This document shows, one piece after another, positions 1 to 22,650 of a DNA stretch of 64,000 nt. Within the stretch, counting starts at the first letter, position 1. Each line of letters starts with the position of its first letter. This DNA is from Amoebidium appalachense. Its lineage: Eukaryota; Protista; Ichthyosporea. Made by a program: the position numbers and the translations under genes. The DNA lies in the NCBI GenBank assembly GCA_963693365.1, contig CAVNZM010000006.1:7171264-7235263 (forward strand), in the 5' to 3' direction. The notes under the pieces were generated by a model that was given only the letters and a program-made list of their open reading frames with translations, ran no database searches and was not told the DNA's origin.

Positions 1-17
1 ATCTTCCCCACGCACAG

Positions 18-1897
18 ATCACAGCAAAGAGCGGTACAGGTTCTCCCTCCAGATCAGCTCAGCGCAGAATCAAAGAGTCAGCGGACGATGAGGATGAGGA
101 AGAAAACGAGGCTGGGCCTGTGGGGGGCAAGAGGAGCAAACAGCCTGACTTCGAGGAGGGGGAACACGTACCCTACGTGCAGAAGTATGCCTTTGACGAG
201 GACAACATGTTGCGTCGCTCGGAAGAGTTCTACGATATGATGAACGGTAAGTACTTTTTGTGACACAGAGGAATATTGTTTATGGGAATTGCATATGCTG
301 TCCACTGGCAAGGTTACCAAACCCATGCTCCTCTCCGGATCTTATATGCTTTCACTACCCTATTCCCATAAAGTTCGCTTCTTTTGCGCGTTGGCAACCA
401 CAAGTTCTTTTGCTACTGCTGCCTGCTTGTCCACACTCTAAATTTCTACTTCCTTCTGCTAGTACCTGCTATGCACACTAAACAAACCGACAGCTAAGTC
501 GGACTCTTTTTGAGGTACGAGAATTGCACGACAACGTGGTGCTACAACATGCCTTAAAGTCCCTTGCTGGCCATTTCTAGACTTAATTTGCTCTTGTTTA
601 CAGCCCGTCGGTCGTGCCGGTTCTTCAGCACTAAGGACGTGCCCAGCGGTGTGATTGAGAACATCATACGGACAGGGGTGAGTGCCATGGCTAGTAGTGG
701 CATCACGAGAAAGAGCCCGACGTGCCCATAACCTGTTGGTAGTGATCTTCAAGCTCATTTTGGACAATTAGAAGCACAGGACATTCTAGATCTGTTTGGA
801 AGACAGCAAAACACACCCAATCGCCACATTTGCAAAGACTCGTATGAGGGGAACAATGCACACACAGAACCAAATAGAACACCGGCTACATAGTTACGCC
901 TCAACCCACCACTCTGCACAACCCACACAGCCCACAGACCCACCTGCTTGTACCTGTGTGCGCTAGTTTCGTGCCCTCTGTCTCTCTGTCTGCCTCTGTC
1001 GCTAATACATTGTCGCCACGCTACCCCCCACTCACTGTATCTTCCCATATCTTCTCACAGGGTACGGCACCATCAGGGGCCCACACAGAGGTACGTAAAA
1101 TGCTGGTGCCGGTGTAGCTACAATATTGCCTCCCCCCCCCCCCCCCCCCCTCCCCCCCCCCCCGGTTTTCCCAAGCCCCCTCTCATCGCCGGGTTTCTTT
1201 GGTTGGGCATGCTTGCGTATGGTTGTGGTATGTGTTGTTGGGTGACTGCACTTTGTACAACTCTGCCACGGACTCTTGCCAAGACGAGTGGGCCCATCTA
1301 CTGTGGTTAAGAGAGGAGACTGGGTTGGCTACCTTACGCATATTTTTTATGTCTTGAAACGTTTTTTTAGTAGATCTCTAGGAACAAACCAGATGACGGA
1401 CCCTATTCAGTGCATCCTGCCTCCACACTTGTTAGGTTCCTAACTTGTAGCAGCCCATTGATACATACTACAAACTAGGATCTGCTAACTCTGGCACCGT
1501 CGGCTGTGGTTACAACAGGAGGCTGGGCCCCCGGGGTGGGGTGATGGCACAGTGACTGGGGGTGGTGGGCAGGAGGGGGGAGGGGGGGAGGAGGGGTAGG
1601 TATGTATAGCTAAGTATACAGCTACTGAGATCGAGGACGAAGCGCAAGAGAGGGGGGGGGGGGGGGCGGGGAAGGAGAGGGGGGGGGAAGGGACGAAAGT
1701 AGTTGTGGGGGTTGGACGGTTGCTGGATGGTGTGTAGGATGAGTGAGTGTCATCTGTGTGGCTGTGGGTGAATTGCTGCAGAGTTCAGTCTATTGTGAAG
1801 GCACATACAAACTATGTAATGTTACCCCGAACTTGCCCCCTTGTCACAATTTACCAGTTATAACCTCCCCCCCCCCCAACCCCCCTCTCCTTCCCTC

Positions 1898-1928
<31 letters not shown>

Positions 1929-2002
1929 AAGAAGAAAAAAAAAACACGACCACCACCACCACCACCATCACTACCATTACCCCCCCCTCCTCCCCCTCCT
2001 CA

Positions 2003-2094
<92 letters not shown>

Positions 2095-3263
2095 GCCCTG
2101 GACATTTTCAGTGATTCGTGACCCCGAGGTTAAGCGGCAGGTGCGGGAGGTGATTGAGGCGGAGGAGAAAGTCAACTATGAGAGGAGGATGGGCCAGCAG
2201 TGGGTGGATGACCTGAAGGCTGTGGTGGGTGGGTGTGTGTGGGGGGGGGGGGGGGGGGGGGGGGGGTGGAGGAAGAGGGGGGGGGGGGGGGGGGGGAGGG
2301 GAAGGGGTGAGGGAGGAAGGGGGGTTTGTGTGTGTGTGTGTGTGTGTATGTGTGTGTGTGTGAGGTTTGAAGGGGAAGGGTTGGGGTGGTGGGTAGGTGG
2401 GGGGCCAATGTTGTTGCGCGTACGTATGCGGGTGTGTAGGGGAGGGGGGAGGGGCGAGTGTGGATGTGCATGTATTTTACGGGGGAGGGGTTTTTAGGCT
2501 GTGAATGGATGTGTGTGTGTGTGTGTGTGTGTTGGCCCGGGATGGTGGTGGTGGGGGGGGGGGGGGGGGGGGGGGGAGAGGGGACATGCACGGGTTGTGT
2601 GTGTCTGTGTGTGTGGTGTGTGTGTGTGTGTGTTGGGGGGCAGGGGTGGGGTGGGGGTGGGGATGGAGGAGGTATGAGTTTGGGTGGGTGTGCATTTTTC
2701 TTCTTTTCTTCTTTTTTTTTTCCCGGGGGGGGGGGGGGGGGGGGGGAGGGGGGGAGGGGGGTGAGGGGGGGGGGGGGGGGGGGAGGGATGGGATGTTTTG
2801 AGGGGGTTGGGGATGAATATATGTGTGACGGGCTTGTTATGGTTTTTTTTTTTTTTGTTGTTGTTTTTTTTTTGTTTTTTTTGGGGGGGGGGGGAGGGAG
2901 GGGGGGGGGGGGGAGGGGGGTGGGGGGGGGGGGGGGGGGGGGATAGATGCCTTGTCCAGATTAGCTCACATGCGTTACTACTTAAGCCGCGCTATTATTG
3001 GCTGCAATGTAAACCTCACTGGATTTGATTGGCCGCCATTCAACCTCTTCCACATCACGGTAATTTGATTGGCTGGGGGCTGCAGGGCACCACATGGGAG
3101 AAGCCCTACCTGACCGAGGCACCGTACCTGATCATCGTGCAGAAGCAGGTGGGGGGCACGTGTGGGTGCACATGTGGGTGGGAGAGGATGTGTGTCGGGG
3201 GTGGGTGGGTGTGCATGTGTGCGTGTCACGGGTGTGTGTGTGTGTGTGTGTGTGTGTCTGTGT

Positions 3264-3327
<64 letters not shown>

Positions 3328-4393
3328 GGTGAGGATGAGAGAGAAAGGAAGAGAAAGGGACGGTACGTGTGTGCGTGTACGGGGAGGGGATGTGTGGATG
3401 CATAGATGGAGGGGAACCGCATGTGTGTTAAACATGTGGCTGCCTAGTATGAGTGTTTGGTTGTGTGTGTGTGTACATATATAATTGCCTCCATGAGCGT
3501 GAATGTGGGTGTGTTTGGGGGGGTAGAAGGGGGAGGGGGGGGGGGGCGGGGGGGGGCTCAGTTTCATTGCCACAAAAATGTGCCATAAGTGTATGTAGGG
3601 ACGTACATGCCGGTTTTGGATTGCTTGGGGTTGGCAGGCAGGAGCCCCGGGATGTGTTTGTGTGGGCGGGGGGGGGGGGGGGGGGGGGGGGGAGACATAT
3701 CTCTTCAATATTGACCTATACACAACTTTGTCTTCGTTTAAGGGTTGATGAAATGGGCAGCTGCAGAGCGGGCGGTGTTCTCCGTACCCCTTTCTGCCTT
3801 CGCCCGCTTCCCCCCTCTCTCCCTCTATTTCTCTCTCTCCTCCCCCTCCCTCTCCCTTCTCTCTCTTCTTCCTAACCTCCCTGTCAACCCCTCCCCTCCC
3901 CTTCTTTCAATTCCTTTCCGCGTCTGCTGCATCTACCTACGTGTTCGGAGACACTGACACAGGCACACATGACCACACTGCCTGTTGACCCCCTGCACGT
4001 GCAGACATACGGGCTGCAGGAGGATGGCAGCCGCAAGGCGCACTACTACCACGAGATCAGCACATCAATAGCCGTGGGCCTGCTGCTGGCCGGTACGTGC
4101 ACGTTTGTACGTGTGTGGATGCATGTGGGTGGGTGGGTGTGGGTGGGGGGGGGGGGTATGTGTGGGTGAGTGGGTGGGTGGGTGGGTGGGTGGGTGGGTG
4201 GGTGGGTGTAGGTGGGTTGTTCGGATGGGTGTGTTTGTGATGCATGTGAATTTGTTCGTTTTCGTGTGAACATGAGTGCGAGCGTCCTCTCGGAAGTGTC
4301 TGTGCATATCTGCGTGTCCTTCCCTGCGTGTGTGTGCGTGTGTGCATGTGTACATGTCTGCAAGCACGTGTTTGCACACGCACATGCACGCGC

Positions 4394-4455
<62 letters not shown>

Positions 4456-4960
4456 GCGTGTGCGTGTGCGTGTGCGTGTGTGCCTGTGCGCGCGCGCGCG
4501 CAAGTATGTTTGTGTTATTTTATGGGATATTTAATGCAGTGCTCCCCCCCCCCCCCCCCCCCCCTCCCCCCCCCTCCCTCTTCCCAAACACACACACACA
4601 CGTTACTTTCTTTTCCCCTCCCATCAGCCTCACCTGTCTTCGTGCTCCACAATCCGGTCCCCCGTTCACCTCTGTCCTTTAAACATTCAAAGTGGCATAG
4701 AATCCAATGTGATACAATGGGCATCCATTAACCATGGAATGGGTACACTATCCAACAGGTATATAATGCAATGGCATAGGATCACTGACTATATATGCGG
4801 TTGTTGTGGATTTCAATAAGCATAGAAAGAGCATACGATCCAATAAGAGAAGAGTGTATACAAGAACAGAAGTGAAGTCACATCGAAGGGGTATGCCTTT
4901 TTTAGGCCAAGATGCTGATATCCTCCCCCCTCCCTCCCTCCCCCTGCGCCCCTTCCAAAT

Positions 4961-5038
<78 letters not shown>

Positions 5039-5192
5039 CCATCCAATATTCCGGCCTTGTGTCTGTAACCACCACCCCCCTCAACGCTGGCCCGGCCCTG
5101 CGTAAGATCCTCAACCGCCCCGACAACGAAAAGGTTCTAGTCCTGCTGCCCGTGGGTAAAATGCCCCCCCCCCCCCCCCCCCCTCCCCCTCC

Positions 5193-5243
<51 letters not shown>

Positions 5244-5830
5244 GGAGACTTGAGATTATGACATTTATGTGACGTTTCGAGCATGGGGTCGAATAGATAC
5301 TTTGCCTCGAGACTAGTCTGGTGGGCCCGGCTAGGCCTGGCTTTGTGTCATGTGTGTTTGTGACATATGGGGTGGACATTTCACGTTATTTACATGGATA
5401 GGAGTCTGTGTGGGTGGGTGGGTAGGTAATTTTTTTTGGGGGGGGGGGGAGGGAGGGGAGGGTTGGAAGGGAGGGGGGGGGGGGGGGAGGGGGGTGAAGG
5501 CAGGGAGGGAGGGAGGGGGGGAAGGGGGGGGAGGGGGGGAGAGAGAGAGAGAAGGAGGCAGCTGTAAAGCGGGTTAGCCATGTCTTAGCCGAAGCCATGC
5601 TGGTTGTGTGATTTTTTAGCGAAAAATGTGTTTAGCCGGAGTGAATTGTTGTATGGGGGGTTGGGTACAAAAAAGAGTGAGATTTCGGGCCTGCTAGGAG
5701 TGTTTCTTCGGTAAATTTGTAATATCCCAACCAACACACTAACACTGTGCACGCAGGCTACCCGGCAGATTCGGCCACTGTGCCCAATTTCTTCCGCAAA
5801 CCCCTGCACGAGATCATGGATTTGCACTGA
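18..5830 (+). CDS. IYD: Iodotyrosine deiodinase (nitro-FMN reductase superfamily), 5' end outside window; exons 18-246, 604-677, 1061-1090, 2096-2224, 3086-3148, 4005-4092, 5039-5155, 5757-5830
   Basis: Manual splicing with GT-AG sites and consistent phases gives ...HVPY...[19 protein letters not shown]...[22 protein letters not shown]...[28 protein letters not shown]...[16 protein letters not shown]...[60 protein letters not shown]...*, the characteristic IYD motifs. Confidence 0.95.
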
Positions 5831-5878
5831 ACCAGGGCTCCCTGACTGCCTGCAATCCTATAACATCAAATGTGGCAC

Positions 5879-6151
5879 TTAAACCAACCACCGCATCTCC
5901 CATTTTAGACAAAATCGAGGTTGATCCGATCGAGGATGCCAAATTGCCCTGGCGTTGCCTAGGAAATTATCGAACTAATCAAGCGATCGAGGGAGTGACG
6001 TCATTCTGGGAAAAGTGTGCCCAGAATGACGTCACTCCCTCGATCGCTTGATAAGTTCGATAATTTCTTAGGCGGCGCCAGGGCAATTTGGCATCCTCGA
6101 TCGGATCAACCTCGATTTTGTCTAAAATGGGAGATGCGGTGGTTGGTTTAA
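5879..6151. mobile_element. Foldback/MITE-like inverted repeat: 132-bp arms (5879-6010, 6020-6151), 9-nt loop, TTAA at both ends
   Basis: Arms are reverse complements with about 4 mismatches; ttaaACCAACC...GGTTGGTttaa. The inverted repeat is certain; the mobile-element interpretation is inference. Confidence 0.65.
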
Positions 6152-6198
6152 AACACACGGAAAACACACACGTAAGCATACGCACACATAAGAACACA

Positions 6199-6292
<94 letters not shown>

Positions 6293-6648
6293 TGCACGCA
6301 CGCACACCTGCACGCACGCACACCTGCACACACACATACACACACACACAAAAAGAAGAACCGAAACGAAAGAGAGAAATATTTGAAATTAGAAAAGAAA
6401 AGTGTTGACTCATTCTATTAGTATAATGTGGCCGGTAGGGCCTGGTTTTGAGTTTCTCAATTTAGAATGTTTTTGTCTGTCTGAAGCAATTGCTATGCTG
6501 CAACCTTTGCGCATAGTGCACGTGGAAGTTTGGGCGGGCGGCTGCGTGAGAGTGAGTGCATAGCTCTCGGCTGCGTAAAGAATGGAGGAGTCAGTTACGA
6601 AATGATGTAAAAGGAATCCTTTTTTTATTTTTCTTGCTTCCTCTTTAT

Positions 6649-6773
<125 letters not shown>

Positions 6774-8875
6774 TTTATTTTTTATTTTATTTTTATTTTT
6801 TTTGGGGGGGGGGGGGGAGGGGGAGGGGGAGGAAGCTGTAACGCCTGAGATATTTAGGGAACACCTGCCACATAAAGGCCTTGATTGAAAGTTTCGATAT
6901 AAATTAGGCTTAGATTAGACATGATACGTCTATTAGTAATGCACAAAAAAAGACTTGGCTTGAGAGCACTCACTGTGCATGTCAACAGTATAAAGCACAT
7001 GGCGTGTTTATTCGGCACGGTGCACCAGTCGGGCCCAAATGTCTCACAACGCACATGCACTCTGCCATGCATTATAGATATACGTTTTCGTTAAACAGTC
7101 ACGGTAGACCACGTGCAATATCTGCTTATGATGGGATGGGGCTATATCTCACCTATTTGTCAGAACCCGTGCCCACCTACAAGGTTGTAGATCTGGCCAG
7201 ACGAGCTAGACCAGTATCGATGTAAGAGTTGTGTGCCCCTTTTTTTGTGCACATTTGGGGGGCCCGGCCGGGAGGGGGAAAGGGGGGGGGGGGGGGGGGG
7301 GGGGGGGGTACTAGTCTGCCAACATTCGATGCATGCCCAATCCCCCTGCTGGGCGTGTGGCAATGATGATTGCAGGCGATGGGAATTAACGAGAAACCAA
7401 CAGAGCCTGATGCTCGAGGGAACTTCCTCGACTCCATATGATAGAGCCAAAGTGCCGGCCCTGGTAATTACATGCGGATAGCTTTGCAGTGGACAGATTT
7501 TTTATCGTAAGGTTCATTGCATGCGATCCTAAGGGGTCATGGACAGCATTGCAAACTGTCGTAGTGCACGTGCCAGTCGTATGAATATGATCGCGCCTTG
7601 GACATGCTTCCATATGGCCATGCACTGAGTGGGGGAATCAAATCTGAAAACCGCAGATTCAGGAAGGGGTGAAGTCTTCGCGGTGGTGGGAACAAGCAGT
7701 GCCAACACATAGTGCGGAACTCACAATTAACTCGAGGGAGCACGGCGGCCGCTCAATTAAGTTTGTCTTTCTCTGCTAACACAACGCGTCCGCCGTCCAA
7801 CAGTGACGAGGAGAGCGCCGACGGTCACGAAAAGCTTATCAGTGCTTGCACAAGAATGTTTGTGTTGGCGCCAAAAAAACCGCCTCCAGATCTAAATGGT
7901 AGTTATCGAATCAAACAGTTTCTATTATGCAAGATAGCCGTTTATGGTTCTTTTTCAGAGATAGTCGGTAGTGTAATCCAATGGGAATTCGCAGATCTAA
8001 GGCGTGAACCGCCGCATGGTAACACAGAAGCAGGTGACGTGGCACAGCCAGCATGGCCCCACAGGCAACTACACGCAGTAACCCCGTCAGAGTCGAGTAG
8101 AGTTGGGAGTAGAAAACAAGTCTCCAGAACTGGAAGGTAAATGCCGCTATCTAGCGAATTGTTACAACAGCACTTACTTGTGGTTTCTAGTCGTAGGCCT
8201 AAGTACATGTACACTAACGTTAACTGACTAGTCTAACTCTACATTGCGCATGTAGAGCCATGACTTGGACATGTTCTTCTGCAATTGCACAGGCCAGGGT
8301 TTTTTAAACTTTCAAAAGGACGAGAAACTAGAGACCACAGCATTGCTCAGCTCCGTTCAGAAGAGGCAATTGTGATAGCACCGAATATGGATTGTGAAAG
8401 TTGATTGGCACGGCCCATTAGTGTGGTTGCAAAAATCATGTGCAATGGGCTCTTTCTTGAGGAACTCAATGTCGAGCACTTACCTTGTGCTTTGTCCCGT
8501 ATCCCGTGTCGTTTGGCTCTTTCCTTCGCTCTAAACATGTATTAGACCCATCATGCCAGTATACGCAAACGGTTTTGCATAACTTGAAGAATTATTGTCC
8601 ATTTCCTAATACTACTGATTGTGGCCGCAATACACATGGACTCCTCTGTTGCACCTGTTTTGGGGGCCAGCAGCCTCAAGAAACGTGCGCACACCAAGGA
8701 TGCAGCCAAGGAGCCCTGATTGAAACTGTTCGTGCGCCAACATCACGACGTCATGCAGGTAGGGGTAGCATTTGACTGGCCACGCACGCACCTTGGGCAA
8801 AAGGAAAAAGAATTGAGTTTGTAGCCAGGAAAAAAAGTAGAAAGAAATAAGCGAAAAGTTGGCAGCTACCCTCTT

Positions 8876-10300
8876 CTTATCCTGCATCTGCAGGCCCGTT
8901 TCTCGGAGTTTGGGGGCACAGTAAGTAGGAGACCTATCCTCGTTGTCCCCCTCCGCCTGTCGGATTTCCTTTCTTTTTTCTTGCTTGCATTGGTTTTTTT
9001 GCTCCTTTTTAACTTCTCCTGCATGCATCTGCATCTGCAGGCCCGTTTCTCGGAGTCTAAGGGCGCGAAGAAGGAGGTCTATCCTTGCGTCTCCCTCCGA
9101 CTGTCGGATTTTCTCTTTCCTTTATCGGTTTCGGAGGGTTTACTCCTTCCATATCCTCTCCTGCATCTGCAGGCTCGAAACGAGGATAGGTCTCCTATTA
9201 ATGTGCCCCCAGACTCCGAGAAACAGGCCTGCACATGCAGATACATGCAGGGGAGGATAGAAAGGAGCAAACCCAAAACCAATGCAAGCGCAAGAAAAAA
9301 GAAAGGAAATCCGACAGGCGGAGGGGGACAACGAGGATAGGTCTCCTACTACTGTGCCCCCAAACTCCGAGAAACGGGCCTGCAGACGCAGGAGAGGATA
9401 GAGAAGGAGTAAACCCTCCGAAACCAAAAAAAAAAAAAGAGGGTGGAGGGGGACACAAGGATAGATCTCCTTCTTCGCGCCCCTAAGCTCCGAGAAACGG
9501 GCCTGCAGATGCAGGAGAGAATAGCAAGGAGGAAACTCTCAAACCATGGGAAAGGGAAAGAGAATATTCGAGCGGAGAAGGGGGTTGCAAGGTTAGATCT
9601 CCTTCTTCGCAATCCGAAACTCCGTGAAACGGACCTGCGCATGCAGGAGGGAACATAGTTAAACCAACAAAAAAAAATTCAAGGAAAGCATGCAAAAGGA
9701 AAAAGGAATCCGACAGGCGGAAGGGGGTTTCAAGAATAGACCTCCTTCTTCGCGCCCCCAATCTCCGAGAAAAGGGCCTGAAGATGCAGGAAGGAACGTA
9801 GATAAACCAAGAAAAAACGTTAAAGGCACGTATCCAAAAGCAGAATAAAATTTCGACAGGCGGAAGGGGTTGCAAGGATAGATCTCCTTCTTCGCGCCCC
9901 TAAGCTCCGAGAACGGACCTGCAGAAGCAGGAGAGAAGTGTAAAACCTTAAAAAAAGGCGTTTGAGACAGACATGGGAAGGAAAGAGAAAATCCGACAGG
10001 CGGAGGGGGATGCAAGGATAGATCTCCTTCTTCGCACCCCAAAACTCCGAGAAACGGACCTGCACATGCAGATACATGCAGGAGAGGATAGAAAGGAGCA
10101 AACCCAAAAACCAATGCAAGCAAGAAAAAAGAAAGGAAATCCGACAGGCGGAGGGGGACAACGAGGATACTTCTCCTACTACTGTGCCCCCAAACTCCGA
10201 GAAACGGACCTGCAGACGCATGAGAGAATAGAGGGTCAACTACCCCAAAAAAATTCAAGGCACGCATGCAAAAGGAAAAGGAATCCGACAGGCGGAGGAC
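8876..10300. repeat. Tandem array of ~125-150-bp units (conserved ~80-bp core plus variable A-rich spacer), about 11 copies; orientation flips at ~9177
   Basis: Core aatccgacaggcggaggggg..caaggatagatctccttcttcgcgcccc-aaactccgagaaacgg(g/a)cctgcagatgcaggagagg recurs on + (gatag sub-motif near 9185, 9336, 9460, 9592, 9735, 9877, 10017, 10166) and in reverse at 8876-9175. Confidence 0.9.
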
Positions 10301-11518
10301 GCGAAAAAGGAGATCTTACCTTAGCTTGAGCCAAGGAGTGTCTTGTTACATGTCTAGCACGGGTGTATGATAACCAAATTCTCTCACGTTGGTTTGGGTA
10401 AAAGGGAAAACTGCTAACCCCTATGGTGCCCCAGGGACGGTGACTGAGAGAGATTCAGCCCTGGGTGTTCTTTTGTTGCCGTGTGTGCCCCAACACGGCT
10501 CGGCCGAAAATTCAAACGGTGGCAATGCCCCGAAGGTATATCCCTTCCCCTCACCCTCAACCCCCCCCCCCCCCCCCCCCCCCCCCTTCCCCCAGGTGGC
10601 TCGCACAAAACAATGATTCCTCCCTTTCTTCTCACGTCACACATGCACGCAAACAGAGGGACACAAGTATGCCAACTTACGTATCCAGAACATGCCATTT
10701 GCTTGTTCCGTTCTGTCTTCGAATAAAAAAAATGGATGGCGCCAAAGTTTTCAACCATGCAAACTATAAAATCGAAGCATAAGGAGGGGAGGGAATTCGA
10801 AGATTGGGGGAATGGGGAGGGAGGAGCATGTATGTCTGTGTGATTTTTTTTTTTGTTTGCAAATGTTGTGTGCCCTAAATAAGGCTTGTCCTTCTGAAAA
10901 ATCATTGAATTCCACCCCCTACTCCTCGTCCCTCTCTATATATATGGACCTCCCCCCCCATCCTCCCCCCCTCCCCCCTCCCCCCTCCCCACCCGCTCCC
11001 CCCTTCCCCCCCCCCCCCCCCCCCCCCCCCTCCTTCCCCCCTTTTCTCTCTCTCCTGAGGAGCTGTAAGGATTTCCTCCCCCACACCTCTCTTCGATCCT
11101 CCACCTTTCCCTTCACCCTCCCTCCCCCCTCCCTCCCCCCTCCCCCGGCCCGGCCATCTCCTTCTATCCCTTTCCCTTTCTCGCATAGTTTCAAAGTAGT
11201 GGCCTACACACCACTGGCTGTGTGCGTACAGGCACGTATAAGAGCATGCAGTTCCCTGTGCCTCGAGTAAACAGTTTAATAAATATCAAATCTGTCATTG
11301 AATGACATGTTGTAAACATCACGCATACTCATGGTCTAAACATGCCTGACAGCCAAGCCTCCCCCCCCCCATCCCCACAAAAAAAAGAAGAAAGAAAGAA
11401 AGAAAGGAAGGAAGAAAGAAAGAAAGAAGGAAAGAAAAGAAAACCACCACCACCACCCACACCCGAGGGGAGACCTCACCCATGGCCAACCTGGTCTAGC
11501 AAAGTCACTGTGGCTTCT

Positions 11519-11552
<34 letters not shown>

Positions 11553-11596
11553 TGGGCCCCACCACCACCATCACGACCCACCCACCCATGGTGGCC

Positions 11597-11753
<157 letters not shown>

Positions 11754-11939
11754 CACACACAAAAAAAAGTGACACAAATACGACCCGACCTCCATGTATG
11801 TACGTGAATGAGCGCTGAGGGTATACATATATTCCTACTTTTTCTATCGTTTTATCTATACCCAGCAGACTTTTCTATACCAGTGACTGGTCTCTGTACG
11901 CATTGCACTACACATTGCCTGAAGTTGCCAATGATGTGA

Positions 11940-12050
11940 CGGTGTCACGTGACATCTTGATGTGTGAGCCGCGGTGAGCGCTTAGCCAATCCGGTACCGA
12001 TATGTATCGACCAATCAAAAGGCTGGTGCTCTTTCTACCAATCAGCTTAG
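11940..12050 (+). promoter_or_regulatory. Probable SIRT4 promoter: palindromic GTCACGTGAC E-box (11944-11953) and three CCAAT boxes (~11985, ~12011, ~12038)
   Basis: Motifs cluster 200-300 bp upstream of the SIRT4 ATG in microsatellite-free sequence. Confidence 0.5.
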
Positions 12051-12249
12051 CCGTGCTTTTTTGCGTCATGCTTTCGTCATTTCACCTTGCCCGCTCGGAG
12101 CTCCGCTGCGCGCGCTTTTACACTCGCACTTTCTGCCTCCGTTGGCTGACATCTCCAAATACCTCTTTACGTGATGAGCACACCTCCCCATACCCACTCG
12201 CACACGGAAACGGTTTTCTCTCGACTTCCAGCTACTCATCCCCATCAGC

Positions 12250-21623
<9,374 letters not shown>

Positions 21624-22137
21624 GGCAAAAGTCGGCTTTTCTCAATCGTGTCAATCATGCTTGGAATTCTTCTACGTATGTTCATTTTCCCAAAAATGGA
21701 TGTTATATTACGGTAAAAACCAATCAGTGCACTCATTTTCATCGGCATCGCCCGGCTGTGAGCCATTTAACGACGTCACCATGTGACGCCAAATGACGGC
21801 GTACATCGAGATAACCCGACATAGACCTTAAAGCCTCAACTTAAGACGACATTTCACGCTGTGGCGTCGTCGTGACGTCTTAAAAATGATATTGTGATGT
21901 CTGTGTGAACGTCATCGATTCATCGATTGCGCCGCCTATCACACTGCAGGTGTCCCTTAAATTGTAGATTGGGGTAGTCCTTATATGGGGCTGTTCCCTT
22001 TTAGGCATCGACATTCAATGCCATTGTCGAGAAATGGCCGGCCAGCTTGACCAGCCTAGTTGTTAAGGCGGGGTGGGAATCACGTGAATGAAGATGGCCA
22101 GGTGTTCTTTTGCGTCCCTTGTTATATGGCGTATATC

Positions 22138-22173
<36 letters not shown>

Positions 22174-22451
22174 GTTGGTTGGTTGGTTGGGTGCATTGTT
22201 GAATGGGTTGAAGTTTATGCTTTGGGCATCAGTTTGGAACGACTCTGCATGTCTAGTTTTGATGTGTTGTGCACATGAGTTGTTGGTCGTTTGTTTGGTT
22301 GGTGGGTGGTTGTATACGTTCAATTCCCCCCCCTCTCCCCCCTCCCCCCCTTCCCCTCTCGCCCCGTGCAAACACAGAACACATGCACACATGCACACAC
22401 GTGCGAGCGCGTACACACGTCTGCACACAATGGGCACACACACACACACAC

Positions 22452-22525
<74 letters not shown>

Positions 22526-22595
22526 ACACACACACCATGACAACTGTCAATCACATTTCCACCTTCCTGGCCATGTCATTTTTCTGGAACATATT

Positions 22596-22650
<55 letters not shown>

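Noticed and set aside
6900-8800. Unique-looking intergenic ORFs (e.g. 7712-8140)
   Set aside because: No homology recognisable by eye and no transposase or reverse transcriptase motifs.
8876-10300. CRISPR array interpretation of the repeat/spacer locus
   Set aside because: Eukaryotic context, ~80-bp degenerate core, recurring spacers and no cas genes.
21770-21882. Imperfect inverted repeat with GACGTCAC ends downstream of SIRT4
   Set aside because: The arms are short and gapped; it cannot be supported as an element or structured RNA.
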